Both the position numbers and the translations under genes were made by a program. Shown piece after piece: positions 1 to 12,717 of a stretch of 64,000 nt of DNA; positions within the stretch are counted from its first letter, which is position 1; each line of letters opens with the position of its first letter. The notes beneath the pieces are model-generated. The model saw only the letters and a program-made list of their open reading frames with translations, had not been told where the DNA came from and searched no databases. The stretch spans positions 122,140,001 to 122,204,000 of the forward strand of contig OX597816.1 of the NCBI GenBank assembly GCA_951406725.2. Direction: 5' to 3'. Source of the DNA: Octopus vulgaris (taxonomy: Eukaryota).

Positions 1-251
1 CACTGGTACGAAATGCCGCTAAGCATTTTGTCTGATGTGCTAATGATTTTGTCAGTTTGCTACCATATTTCTATATATTAAAGAAATACGGTTATCAATT
101 TGTGTTGCAAGATTCCTGATGTGAAATAGTTTGTTGAAACCGATATTGTTGTATTTCGGGACAGTCACTTTTTTTTGCCAAATAAACACACGCACTATAT
201 ATTTTTCTTCACTCGTTTATTAATGTTCCTATTTTAACTCATGTCCATTGT

Positions 252-291
252 CCGGAAATCTTTCGTCACGCATCTGTGACCTCTTCAGCTA
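252..291 (-). ncRNA. Minimal hammerhead-like motif
   Basis: Reverse complement reads CTGAAGA-G-GTCAC-agatgc-GTGAC-GAAA-gatt-TC-cgg. Stem I is degraded. Confidence 0.5.
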
Positions 292-382
292 CACTTTTCG
301 TTTTTGCGTGTGTTCTTGCTCCGCTTACTCCATTTTATTCTTCTAATGTATGTATCCTTATGTGTGCATGATTTTGTGTCCT

Positions 383-425
<43 letters not shown>

Positions 426-1044
426 TAGTTTTTAGCAGCAGTGCAGCCTTCCCCTCAGCAGCCCCATCCTCTCACCCCATAGTGCTGCTGCTGTCCTAAG
501 ACGCGAAAAATATGGTACAATTCCTGTATTCTTTTATGTATGTTCACCCACGGTATTGCCATCGTGGTAGTTGTTGTTATTACCTTCGTTGTCACCACCG
601 CTGCTGCTGTCGTTGATAATCGTGTTGTTGACATTGTTGTGGCTGTCCGTGAAATTTCTTGTATGTTTGTGTGCGTATGGGTTCGCTTCGTATGCTGTAT
701 GTATCTATGCCCTTTATATAGATTTATTTAGTCATTTTATCTAGCTCATATTTATCCCAGATATGTGACAAATATATTTATATGCTTATTTATTTATTTT
801 TGATACATCTATATTTGTGCAAAGTATCAATGGTAAGTGCATGTATGTCTATTGTGTGTGCGTGTTACTCTGTATGTTTCTGTGTATCCTGGAGTGAGAG
901 GATGGAGCTGCTGAGGGGAAGGCCGCACTGCTGCTAAAAACTATGACACACACACAAGCATAAACACACATATACACACGCACACATACACAAATGCATG
1001 CGCACATAAGGATACACACCTCAGAAGAAAAAATGGAATAAGTG

Positions 1045-1084
1045 CCGCTGAAGAGGTCACAGATGTGTAACGAAAGGTTTCCGG
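1045..1084 (+). ncRNA. Minimal hammerhead-like motif
   Basis: ccg-CTGAAGA-ggtcacagatgtgtaac-GAAA-ggtt-TC-cgg, with stem I ccg/cgg. Confidence 0.55.
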
Positions 1085-1996
1085 AAAATGGACATGAGTT
1101 AAAATAATAAAATAAGAACATTAATAAACGAGTGAAGAAAAAATATATAGTGCGTGTGTTTAATTGGCGGAAAAAATACCGTCCCGAAATACAAGTATAA
1201 GAAAATAATAATACTGATTTCTTTTGAGACGGTGAAAACGCATGGTTTAATGATTAAGGTGTCTGATTCATTATCATGAGGTTGTGAGTTTAATTTCTGG
1301 TTTGGACAGCACCTTGCGTCCTTGAACAAGGAACTTTATTTTTGTGCTGTTCCATGCTATTCAGAAACAATAAGCACTAGTCGGATGCTGGCGCAATTCT
1401 CACTCCTTCCATCTCTCACGTCTGGGATATTCTTCTCGGTCAAGAATAAGAGGGCCGAGAAGTTGTCTTTGATCGCAACTACATAAATACTTAAAAAAAT
1501 TAAAGAAAAAAATCATATTACCAAGCTATACATGTTCGTAAGTGACAGCTGATTGTGCTGCACTTTCGTTCATCAATTTCAAGACTAGGGTCAAAGCAAG
1601 CCGAGACGACTAGATGTAGATCAGGGATGTACTGAGATGATCAGGGCGATCTACGTAACCCACTCCGAAACGCATGTGACTGAGTATAGAATACTCCCTC
1701 TGCTCTAAACAAGATACTAATTCATCGCAGGGATAAATCCCAGCATTTGGTGGTTTTTAATTTCATCTGACTTGATTGGAACTACGTGAACTGAAACGTT
1801 TAGATCAAGAATATAAGGTGCACTTGCTTTGAGAATCGAAACCATGATCTTAACGATCGTGAGTCCAATATCCCTGCGCCCTTAGAGACTCATCTTAGAA
1901 AGTGCATGAATGTACCACAAAGATTTAAAACGTCAACTGACTCTCATTAAATACTACTTAACCTTTTCTTTCTTTCTATTTTGTCATTTTCTCTCC

Positions 1997-2032
<36 letters not shown>

Positions 2033-2684
2033 ATACTTTTATTGCTGTGTGTCATCCTGGTCTTTTTTTCATTTCTTTATCCTTTTACCTCTGCTACCTC
2101 GCCGGCATTTTTGACTACCGACCTGAAAATTTGCAATTCTTTATCATCTTCCTTTCTTTTGTCTTACTATTTTCTTGTTTGCTTTTCCAATTTTTTCTCT
2201 CCTCTCCATTTTTGTCCTTCAGCTCTTTCTTCTACACATTTAACTTTTTTCTGTTCACTTATCGTTTTATATGGAAACTAAATAATTCTAAACGCCATTC
2301 GTGCGACAAGCAGTATGTAATTACATGTCAGTATATTTAATTAATGGAAGATTAAAAACGAAAGTAGAATAAATTATGCGATGAAAAATAAACAATATTA
2401 GTCGATGAGTAATTATCTTTTCATTTCACTCCATCTCCGCCAATTACAAGAGACAATCTCGCATATAATTCCAATTTAACGTGACATTTAGACATTAGTG
2501 AAGTATAAGCCTCACTGTAACATGCCCATTTGGTGGCGAATGAATAAAAGTAGTTGTTCACTGACTTCCGAATCAGAAGTTGCTTGAGTAGACCTAGGAT
2601 CAAAAGTATTCCATCTGTGTCTATTTTGTTTTAGCCGTATCTAGAACTACTTAATCCACCCTGTTCTTCTGTCTTAAAGACTGT

Positions 2685-2968
2685 TTGTTTGTTTGTTCCT
2701 TCTCGATTCACGCCTGGCTCATAAGGGCCGGTTTCCCCGTTTCCTTGGCGTATAGGTTCCCTACCTGGACGGGACGCCGCAGGTGAGCTGCAAGATGTAG
2801 GAGGAAAGAATGAGAGAAAGCTGTGGCGAAAGAATCAGCAGAAGTTCGCCATTACCTTCTGTCGGACCTGTGTGGAGCTTAGGTGTTTCTCTCGGTCTGA
2901 CATTCGAACACGCGATCCCTCGATCGCGAGTCCGCTGCTCTAACCACTAGGCCATGTGCCTCCACATT
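2685..2968 (-). mobile_element. tRNA-Arg-like SINE
   Basis: Reverse complement head ggcacatggcctagtggttagagcagcggactcgcgatcgagggatcgcgtgttcgaat has A and B boxes. The element ends in a short (AAAC)n tail. Confidence 0.7.
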
Positions 2969-3304
2969 TAAGACTGGAGGGTGTTTATATTGATGTAAGA
3001 CCTGGCTACTATTGTGAGCAGGTCAAGCGTTAACGGAGAAGCCTCTGTGTTGATTCAATTGCAGAAGTTGAGAGACGCGTTAGCGCGTCAGAGAAAATAA
3101 TTTGATATATTTATTTACACCTCTTTCTGTTTCGAGTTGAAGATCTGACTCTATTAAGTTTGCATTTTCTCCTTGTGCATCAATGAAATAAGAACTAGTC
3201 AAGTATTGATGTTTATAGAAATAACAGTTACTAGAATCTGTGTCCTACAGCCTATGTTAGAAACCATTATCAATTTCAGCACCCTAATATAACTTTTCGA
3301 CTTT

Positions 3305-3503
3305 CTACGAGAGGCACGAGGCCTGAAATTTTATGGGGAGCGGGGCAATCCGATTTCATCGAACCTAGTGTTTCACTGGTACTTAATTTATCAATCCCGA
3401 AAAGATGAAAGGCAAAGCCGACCTTGGTGGGATTTGAACTCATAACGTAATGCTGCTAAACATTTTGTCCGGCGTGCTAACGATTCAGCCAGCTCACCGT
3501 CTT
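3305..3503 (-). mobile_element. SINE family B copy (other diverged copies at about 1-65, 9290-9462, 25340-25530)
   Basis: Matches the core gaaaggatgaaaggcaaagtcgacctcggcggaatttgaactcagaacgtaa of the 27338-27568 copy. Confidence 0.75.
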
Positions 3504-5061
3504 GACCAGCACTCTAATATAACGGCAGCAACGTAGCAAAAATTGGAACGAACCATAAAAAATGCGCTAATGTATTTAATACAGAGTCCGCCCCCACCCA
3601 AAAAATGTATGCACACTTAAAAAATACGCAAAAAACCCCCGAAACGTAGAAATATTTTAATACTAAATTTATTCAAACATCACAGGATTAATATAAGTTA
3701 CCTTTAACCAACACAAAAGCGTTGCTAAAAGTGGTGCTCCGTGGGGGAAATTCAACTGGGACTGGTTTTGTTTTTTTTTTGTCTCTGGGGTCGATCCCAT
3801 CCCTGAGAAATCGAGTGGTAAAATAATAAAACAACAAGAATACTCTCATGTAATGTTTACATTAGTTAGGCATGACTGCGTGACTTAGTAATCTGCTTTG
3901 CAATCCAAATCGTTCTATGGTCTTGTACCAGAAGCCTCAGACTGATCCATACTTTGTGAGTGGAATTTGATAAAAGGCATTGTGCGAGACTGTATGCACG
4001 TACGCGCGCATGTGTGTAATTAATGGTGCAAAAATCAAAAAGAAAAAGAATAGTCCCTGAAAAGCTGGTGCCCTTCGAGAGAAGTACTTTCCATTAGGAA
4101 CACTCTCTTAATACTTTCGCCGTTAGAAATGCAATGATCCAGAGATTGGCCCCCACGGAAGCCAACTAAATACTGTTTTTCTAAAATGAATATAAAGATG
4201 TTTTTTCTGGGGCTAAAAAGGATAATACATATGAATAATAAATAAATAAATAAGTTAGATATTGTAAGTCATTATGCGTATATACAACTCTAAGAAACCA
4301 TATGTTCAGTGTATTGTAAAAAATAATTTGAGTAAAAGTAAAAAAAAAAAAAGATAATGTCTGCATTTAATGAAAAAAAGAAAGATAATGTTAATGTTTA
4401 TGTCAGGGAATTATTTTGAGAATATTGCGTCTGAAATGTATAATCCACCTATCCATCCATCTATCCATTCATCCATCCACCCATCCATCCATCCACCTAC
4501 ACGATCAAGAGTCTTCACTAACAATTATTACTGTTTAAAAAACAAAAGAAGAGTCTGGTGTCAGATTGTTGATATAACGTCATAAATCTGAATTCAGAAA
4601 TAGGCTATTAATCATTACATCATAGAAATAGTCTATTATAAATGTATTGTTTATACCTGTTTCAACCACAGAAACGATTAAATATGGTGTTTCAGCCATC
4701 AGTACCCAGTCACTTTTCAGATCTGCAGCTAGGATAAATGATCCAGTTTGTACTTCTTTTAAGATTAGATTTAGTTTTGGAAATATGAATATAATTTGTA
4801 ATAGGTCCAGCTATCACGTAGAGGGCCTTCTCTTATTCACGTTTCTTGTTTTTGTGTTTTATAGTGCACGTGTGTGTGTGAATGTGTGTGTGATGAAGGA
4901 AGGGATACATTATTCAGGTCCTGAATATTACACAGTGGTTTGCATGAACTGAATAATGTACTCCTTCACCTGTATCTGTTTATGCCTTGATTGTTATACT
5001 ACACCCCATGACTATGTCCTTAACTGCTAAACGACTCCCACTTATGTTTCAACATCATTTT

Positions 5062-5550
5062 TATTAAATTAAGAGAAAATGTTTCTCGAATGATAGAAAT
5101 GATTGAACAATTTCAAAAACAATTCTCATATTTTCTATTGTAATTCTGAATACATTATTTGTGAAAAGTAGAGTTAGTGTATTACAAATAACATGGATTT
5201 GTTATTCAGAAAGATGATAAAGTACTATAAAAATGATGAAATTTCAAAATCATTATAAACGTTTCATATAATTTGTCTAGTGTCAGAAGAAAAAAATTAG
5301 GCCAGCTAACGTTAGCTAATTTATTAGAAATAAAAGAAAAATGAATTTTAATTAAATTAAGAGAAAATACTTTTCGAATGATAGAAATAATGGAAATTTT
5401 CTCTTACAGTTTAAAAAAAAAATCATAAATTTTCATATACATTTTCAATTGCAATTCCGAATACATAATTTGTGAAAATTAAATTTAATATATTACGAAT
5501 AATATGGATTTGTTCTTCAGTAAGATGATAAAGTTCTATAAAACTAATAA
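5062..5550 (+). repeat. Diverged local tandem duplication, period about 290 bp
   Basis: attaaattaagagaaaat...cgaatgatagaaat...aatacat.atttgtgaaaa...atggatttgtt.ttcag..aagatgataaagt.ctataaaa occurs twice. Confidence 0.75.
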
Positions 5551-7429
5551 AATTTTAAACTCATTCTTTTTTCATGATTACCCTGATTCAGGACATTCCA
5601 ATTTAGGACAGAAAATGGAAGTCTCCACAAAGAATGAAACTACAAGAAGAGACAGAGTTAACACAATATTTCTGAATATGATTGCATTACTGATTGGTTG
5701 AAAAGAAAAAAAAGGAGGGGAAAGGAATAACAGAGAAATAGTATTATGTTATTAGAATTGGAAAAATTATTTTGCACTAAATGAACTCCAACAAAAGAGA
5801 AGTTTCTGTCTGAATGATTATGGTATTATATTTAATAAGAACTAATATTACCACCCATTCGCCTCGTACATCCGTACACACACCGGCTGATTTATCTGCT
5901 TTCAAAGTAGGATAATTTCTAGTCATATAGCTGAAAACTTCATCAGAAATGTCATTATTAAATCAAGATTTAATAATAATCCAAAATATATAATTAAGAT
6001 CTAGAATAATGAAAAATATGAAAAAAATCTTATTTCTTTGTTGCATATTCTACAATACTAAAGAGATGTCTAATTTCGTATTCAGTTCATCTAGTTTAAA
6101 TTGTTCTCAATCTTTGGTGCTTCAATCCGTTTGCCTAGGCCTGTGTTCAGGCCTGTCATCAGACTTTCATGCCTGGGGGTGCATCAGAGTGGGCACTAAT
6201 TTGCATTGCGTGAAGATTTTTGTATTTTCTAAATATGAGGGTGCTCTATTAAATAGTGAGCGAGCAGTACCACCCAGTGCATCGCCCTGGCGACGGCTAT
6301 GTTAGTCAGTCTTCACAAAATGTATTGCAGGAAACGTTTTGTAAACTGTATTTTTTTAAATCTGAGGGTGTAGTGCCGTCCAGTGTTCTTCCCCTTAGCT
6401 ACAAGCATGCCTATGTTCCTATCAATGGAGCGATATGCACAGTCTCATTGAATAATCTTGCATTTCCTCATCAACAGAATGCTTCTTTCATGATCTTCAG
6501 CATATCTCGCAATTTCCGTTGAGTCCTTTGCTGCCAAGTTATATCCAATCTTAGGAAAGGCCAGTACTTACTTTGAATGTCGGGTCTGATCAGGCGAACT
6601 TATAATAAAAAGTGCTCAGTCGTGGCCATCGTATTTACTTATATGCCTAATATATCTTTCTTTTAAGATTGTTGAGATTTAAGATTCTTTAGACCCTTAA
6701 AGCCTGTTATTTGTAGGGGATTTGGTTTGTATTAATAGCAGGTCAAATAACCATTGAAAAAGTCGGACACCGTGAAACAGTTTCCTTAGTTATTGCAGTT
6801 TAGCTGCGGCTAGGTCTGATCGAGTAGACCTATGAAAAGAGGTATTCAAACTCCGAAAATTCAGTCTTTTGTTTATCAGAGACAGGAAATTTTGCAACTA
6901 TTTCTTACACTCCGATCGAAACTCTAGTTCCCTTTTATAACTGCAGACTGCACATGCGCACACATAGACGCGCACACATTGCTAAACGAAGAGAGAGAGG
7001 GAGAGAGAGGGGAGGGAGAAAGAGATGGAGAAAGAGACGGAGAGAGAGAGAGAGAGAGACGAAAACAATTAAAAAGAAAGGGAGCGACAAAGACAAGAAG
7101 AAAAAATACAGAGAGAGAGAGAGAGAACGAGAGAGAGAGAACGAGAGAGAGAGAGAGACAGGGGGGGGGAGAAAAAGAGACCGAAGAAGAGTGCTGAAGT
7201 CAGCATTTAATCAGTGGAAAGTATGAGACAGAAATCCGGATGAGTGGGAAAACTGAAAATATTTTAAATCTTGGTTTATTATAAACATCGTGCGTGACTC
7301 TGTGTGAGTGTGTGTTGTGTGTGTAAGCGCACGTGTATATGTGTATGCGTGTGTATAAATGGTTGCATAAATACATGGATGTATGTGTACGTGTGTGTGT
7401 GTATGTATGTGTATGCGTGTGTGAAGTTA

Positions 7430-8067
7430 ATTGTGACGTCTCATGAGTGCTACTGGTAACATGGAATCCATTACAACCTGTTGCATAGTCGGGTCGTTGA
7501 CGACTAAACCGTCAACCCCACTAAGCTTGCCTGGTGAGGAAGGTTGCTAGAAGACCTATTGAAAGTTCAATGACTATCTTGCAATAGCACGGACCTTCAG
7601 AAATTCGGGGCTGGTGTTCGGCTTACTGGAAGACCATTGCGAGAGAGGCACCCCTCAGCTATTATTAAAGCATGTCTCTAAAAGTCATTGATATAAACCC
7701 AGATATGTAGGGAATAGCATTGAATATTTTGGAGATCTTTTGCATATGTTTAAGACCATGGCGCTCCCACATTCCTGAGCCTGCGGACGATATTGACAGT
7801 GAATATCGTCTCCTAGCATGTCTCAAGATCATTTTAGTAAGGGGGTAGGTTTTGTGATGGGCCGTGCAAGCTTTATTGGAACTAAAATTTTAGGTTGTGC
7901 AATCGCCGGCGAGGCGACTATCGGGTGGGCGTCGCGGAGATCATAGAAGCTGCAGACACGAGCGAACCCGGATGAAGTCGACTTCTAGTACAATAACAGC
8001 ATGCACTGGAATTGCCGGTATTTTGCATTGTAATGGTCAGCGATGGTCTTTCTCGGTCATGAGTGAA
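7430..8067 (+). mobile_element. Non-autonomous RTE-derived bipartite element
   Basis: Homologous throughout to 30245-30870. The head is shared with 60330-60486(-), and the 3' end (ctcggtcatgagtgaatagccatcat) resembles that element's tail. Confidence 0.55.
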
Positions 8068-8529
8068 TAGCCATCATACACACACACACATGCGCGCGCG
8101 TGTACACACACATATAAGCAATAATACAAATTGGTTGAGGTTCACTACAGCTGTTTCACACGTATTCTTCATTGATGAACAAAATAATTACATCAGGTAC
8201 AATAACCATTTTCTTCAGGTGAAACCATCTATGTTATTGTTTATATTTCACCATACTCGGAACCTTCCCTGCGTTGGATGATGAGTCTATAGTCGACCGT
8301 GGAATGCGTGCCAGAGTGTATCCCTGTGTGGTGTGTGTTGTGCATTTGGTCAATGCTTGTGAATGTATACATAACTGGAAGGACAACTCCGTATTTACCT
8401 TAGAAAATACGTGTGTGTCCATACAGATTATTAGTGCAGAGGTGCGTCATCCTCGACCTCACCTTGGTGCCTTTGTTATTTAAATACCTTGATTCTATCC
8501 GATCCTGAAAATCTTATAAAATTTTAATA

Positions 8530-8578
8530 CAAACATACATACATACATATATATATATACATACACACATATATATAG

Positions 8579-8609
<31 letters not shown>

Positions 8610-8692
8610 TATATACATACATATATATATATACATACACACATATATATACATGCACACATATATATACATACATACATATACATACATAC

Positions 8693-8723
<31 letters not shown>

Positions 8724-8724
8724 C

Positions 8725-8770
<46 letters not shown>
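8530..8770. repeat. Compound (CATA)n/(TA)n microsatellite, representative of dozens of TA, CA, GA, TATC, CATA and CCAT tracts
   Basis: Directly visible, and the source of the [12 protein letters not shown] ORFs. Confidence 0.97.
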
Positions 8771-8771
<1 letters not shown>

Positions 8772-9689
8772 AAATAATGTATAATCATGTATAATCAAAT
8801 ACACGTTTCCTCGCAAATTTTATCCATATAATTTTGATTTTTTCTTTTTAACACGCGTTCAAAGCACTCTTAGTGTCGACTCTCGTCTATTTACAATCGG
8901 TAAACATTGACATACATGACAGAAGCAAATTAATTATTAAACAAAATAAAAACAATCCATTATTTGATAATACAGTAATCTTATGTAGCTTTTCACAAAA
9001 ATTCTAAATTAATCATGGAATCCATATAAATACAGCAAAATACAAAAATAAGAAAAATTCAAACTCAGATTAACATTACAGATAGCGCTCTACCATTTCC
9101 AAATTAAGACCTCTTGTTAGATACTGCAAAAATAACATTGAAGTTTACGGGGAAATATCTAAAATTTGGCAATAATAAAGTTAACGCATTTTCCTTCATG
9201 ATTTGTTATGATACCAATTGATAACAACAGAAGCTGTATTGTATATGGCTATTTCATTTAGACAAGATATTAAATGGCTAAACAATGATTTCAAATTTTG
9301 TCATAAGGCCAGCAGTTTTAGGGGCAGCGACCCCATCGAGCCCGGAAGGATAAAAGGTAAAGTTGACATCAAGGGAATTTGAACACAGAACGTAAAGAGC
9401 CGTAAAAAATACCGTTAAGTATTTTGTCCATCTCACTAACATTTTTGTCTGATCACTGCCTTAAAACGGCTAAACATTTAGAAAATAATAAAACTTGATC
9501 ACACGTGATGCCGAAAACCTGAAAAAAGTTGATATCTATCAATTTTATTATTACCTTGTAATCCCGGGAATATTCACAGATCTGTGTACCACTAACGCAA
9601 CCCTCAGGCTGAAGTAGATATGACACACGGGTCAGTAAGTATATATATATATGCTAGCAAATGCACCCGTCCTTTGGACGTGTAATTAT

Positions 9690-10282
9690 TATAATGGTGC
9701 ACTCCTGTGGACGGTTTAAGTTGAATTAGCTCGCAGTTAGAAGTCGTTTCAAGTTGATAGGCGTAAAATGTATAATTACCATTTTCATTAGCAGCTTATG
9801 ACATGATATTGACGTTAAAGTGGTTATTTTGGTTCTGAGAGTATTCTGTACTAAGGTTGGGGTAGTGTTTATTATTATTATTATTTCTACTAACACCGCC
9901 GTCGGTTCTATTTTTGTTTCGATTTGAGTAGAAAGTATCTAATTTTTGCACTATTTAAGATTGTAGGGCTTATGGAAGAGTAATAATTTTGAATGTCAAT
10001 TTGCAAAAATTTATGATTATTCCTTTATTTTATATTAGAGAACCATTCTATTGCACTTTAGGTGTTTGTCCATAACTCCAGTTTAATTTTCTTCTTAAGG
10101 GTTGGTGTATATTTATCCAAGATTGCTTTGCTAAGCTTACCTAAATCCGACTTATTGGGGCTAATTAATCTGACCTGTGTGTTATGTAAGTAATTATCTT
10201 TATGTCATGCTTTGTATTAAAAAATAAGATGTAAACGTGTTCCAATCGATGTGCTGGTTAATCTGTGGTTTTCTCCATTTTC

Positions 10283-10285
<3 letters not shown>
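9690..10285 (-). pseudogene. Penelope-like element reverse transcriptase fragment (disrupted, absent from the ORF track)
   Basis: Manual minus-strand translation gives HKDNYLHNTQVRLISPNKSDLGKLSKAILDKY...LELWTNT*SAIEWFSNIK*RNNHKFLQIDIQNYYSSIS. This matches PLE RT motifs RLINPAKSELG..SK.ILD and FDI..FYPSI. Confidence 0.75.
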
Positions 10286-10324
<39 letters not shown>

Positions 10325-10439
10325 TAAAAAGAATTCCAACCTTGTCTGATTTTCACGTTTTATTTACAATCTTATAATGATATATTATAATTGAATAAAA
10401 TAAAATGAAATAGTAGAATGTTAAATATTCATTCTGATT

Positions 10440-10482
10440 GAACTAGTACTTTCATGCATTGAATTCTGCAATCTTCGGGTTC
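10440..10482 (-). ncRNA. Minimal hammerhead ribozyme motif, left arm
   Basis: Exact mirror of 12331-12373. Confidence 0.7.
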
Positions 10483-10977
10483 ATGTAGTAGTGTTGACAG
10501 TCATGCTTCACAATTTTTGACTGTAGCAAGATGAGTGATTCTGTGCTATAAATACAGCTGGGTAGGCTCCAGAGTGCTAGGTTTTGCAAACTGTATTCTG
10601 ACCAATCAGTGTGTAGTATCACTCAATTACTTAAGCTGATTGGTTGGTTGAGCTGATTGGTTTAGGCATCACGCTTTGTTGGACAGGTCAAGAGTCCTGT
10701 ATCTTGACCCTGGCCGAAGCAGCAATTGTTGGGTTATTTTTAGAAATGTTGTAAATATCCTTTGTCAGAGATTTTTATATTTTTATATTTCAATTGTCAT
10801 CATCATCATTGTCAGCACCTTAATTATTGTTGCTAGTGGTGATGGTGGTGGCAATAGAACTTTTAACCCTAAATAAGATAATTTTCCTGCTATCTTCGTC
10901 TTGATCACCTTTAGTATTGTTGTTGTTGTTAGTGGTCATGGTCGTAGCAGTGGAAGTAATACCTCTAAGTATTATTA

Positions 10978-11425
10978 TTATTGCTTATTTAGCTTGGGTT
11001 CGAATTTATCAATAAAATTCTTTTCTCTGATTTTCCTCTCGATTTCACTTGGGCTGTGTAATTTATAGAATGGAAATATTATATATATTTTCCGACCACA
11101 TGTTGCTAGGTGGTTACTCAAAGGTATCTGACGGACCTCTGGGTCTCTAATCTGTTGCCGGTGTACACGTGAGCGTTCTAATAGTGCGTTTCCCGTCTGA
11201 CCTACATATATTTCTTCACAATTTGGGCATTTGATGCAGTAAATTAAATTTCTGCTTTTGCAGTTCATATTCGCGTTTGTGAATATTTTCCCGGTTTTTG
11301 TGTTTATATATTGACCGGTATGTATGAATTGGCATGTGCCACATCGGCTATCATTGCATTTAGATACCGTGAATGTTTGGTCTTTGTTGCTGAGGTCAAA
11401 TTTTGCCGTTTTCATGTTTTCAGCA
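10978..11425 (-). CDS. PLE GIY-YIG endonuclease domain with Cys-rich linker (5'-truncated, left arm)
   Basis: KTAKFDLSNKDQTFTVSKCNDSRCGTC...NCKSRNLIYCIKCPNCEEIYVGQT...ERSRVHRQQI...REKNFIDKFEPKLN. Shows LIY-CxxC-YVG, conserved R, H, E and N, and a Neptune-like Cys linker. Confidence 0.85.
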
Positions 11426-11835
11426 ACAAAGACCAAACATTCACGGTATCTAAATGCAATGATAGCCGATGTGGCACATGCCAATTCATACATACCGGTC
11501 AATATATAAACACAAAAACCGGGAAAATATTCACAAACGCGAATATGAACTGCAAAAGCAGAAATTTAATTTACTGCATCAAATGCCCAAATTGTGAAGA
11601 AATATATGTAGGTCAGACGGGAAACGCACTATTAGAACGCTCACGTGTACACCGGCAACAGATTAGAGACCCAGAGGTCCGTCAGATACCTTTGAGTAAC
11701 CACCTAGCAACATGTGGTCGGAAAATATATATAATATTTCCATTCTATAAATTACACAGCCCAAGTGAAATCGAGAGGAAAATCAGAGAAAAGAATTTTA
11801 TTGATAAATTCGAACCCAAGCTAAATAAGCAATAA
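11420..11835 (+). CDS. PLE GIY-YIG endonuclease domain (right arm, identical copy)
   Basis: Same protein as the left arm. The N-terminal residues of track ORF 11311-11835 are only antisense read-through of the other arm. Confidence 0.85.
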
Positions 11836-12152
11836 TAATAATACTTAGAGGTATTACTTCCACTGCTACGACCATGACCACTAACAACAACAACAATACT
11901 AAAGGTGATCAAGACGAAGATAGCAGGAAAATTATCTTATTTAGGGTTAAAAGTTCTATTGCCACCACCATCACCACTAGCAACAATAATTAAGGTGCTG
12001 ACAATGATGATGATGACAATTGAAATATAAAAATATAAAAATCTCTGACAAAGGATATTTACAACATTTCTAAAAATAACCCAACAATTGCTGCTTCGGC
12101 CAGGGTCAAGATACAGGACTCTTGACCTGTCCAACAAAGCGTGATGCCTAAA

Positions 12153-12266
12153 CCAATCAGCTCAACCAACCAATCAGCTTAAGTAATTGAGTGATACTAC
12201 ACACTGATTGGTCAGAATACAGTTTGCAAAACCTAGCACTCTGGAGCCTACCCAGCTGTATTTATA
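12153..12266 (+). promoter_or_regulatory. Putative pLTR promoter: three CCAAT boxes and a TATA-like box (mirrored at about 10547-10660)
   Basis: CCAAT at 12153 and 12170, ATTGG at 12207 and TATTTATA at 12259, about 65 nt upstream of the HHR. AATAAA at about 12449. Confidence 0.45.
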
Positions 12267-12330
12267 GCACAGAATCACTCATCTTGCTACAGTCAAAAAT
12301 TGTGAAGCATGACTGTCAACACTACTACAT

Positions 12331-12373
12331 GAACCCGAAGATTGCAGAATTCAATGCATGAAAGTACTAGTTC
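12331..12373 (+). ncRNA. Minimal hammerhead ribozyme motif, right arm
   Basis: gaac-CCGAAGA-ttgca-gaattcaa-tgcat-GAAA-gtac-TA-gttc. Stem I is gaac/gttc, loop III is the palindrome AGTACT, and the core has a U4>C change. Confidence 0.7.
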
Positions 12374-12520
12374 AATCAGAATGAATATTTAACATTCTAC
12401 TATTTCATTTTATTTTACTCAATTATAATATATCATTATAAGATTGTAAATAAAACGTGAAAATCAGACAAGGTTGGAATTCTTTTATTAATATATTCTT
12501 CTATACACAATCACACACAC

Positions 12521-12554
<34 letters not shown>

Positions 12555-12717
12555 GACGGGTTTCTTTCAGTTTCCATCTACCAAATCCACTCACAAGGCT
12601 TTGGTCAGCCCGAGCTATAATAAATACACACTGCTGAGGTGCCACGCAGCGGGACTGAACCCGGAACCATGTGGTTGGTAAGCAAGCTACTAACCACACG
12701 GCCGCTCCTGCACCCAT
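12555..12717 (-). mobile_element. SINE family A, 5' half
   Basis: Matches the head ggagtggctgtgtggtaagtagcttgcttaccaaccacatggttccgggttcagtccc. Confidence 0.8.

Larger units (their letters stand above)
149..1196. mobile_element. Degenerate foldback of a Penelope-type pLTR module (arms about 149-480 and 890-1196)
   Basis: Arms are reverse complements, e.g. aaacacacgcactatatatttt vs aaaatatatagtgcgtgtgttt, and gtgacctcttcagc vs gctgaagaggtcac. Visibly diverged. Each arm carries an outward-pointing HHR-like motif. Confidence 0.7.
10317..12496. mobile_element. Near-perfect palindromic Penelope-like element (inverted 3' ends/pLTRs), next to (TA)n
   Basis: Arms about 10317-11393 and 11420-12496 (about 1.08 kb each) surround a 26-bp spacer. 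Only one substitution and one indel were spotted by eye. Mirror ORFs appear in the track. Confidence 0.93.

Noticed and set aside
8495-8816. [12 protein letters not shown] and ERER ORFs here and throughout
   Set aside because: Translations of microsatellites with no coding signal.
10676-10876. Mirror 66-aa ORFs (also 11937-12137) and the mirror 83-aa ORFs at 49158/50532
   Set aside because: Antisense frames in UTR sequence, duplicated only because of the palindromes.
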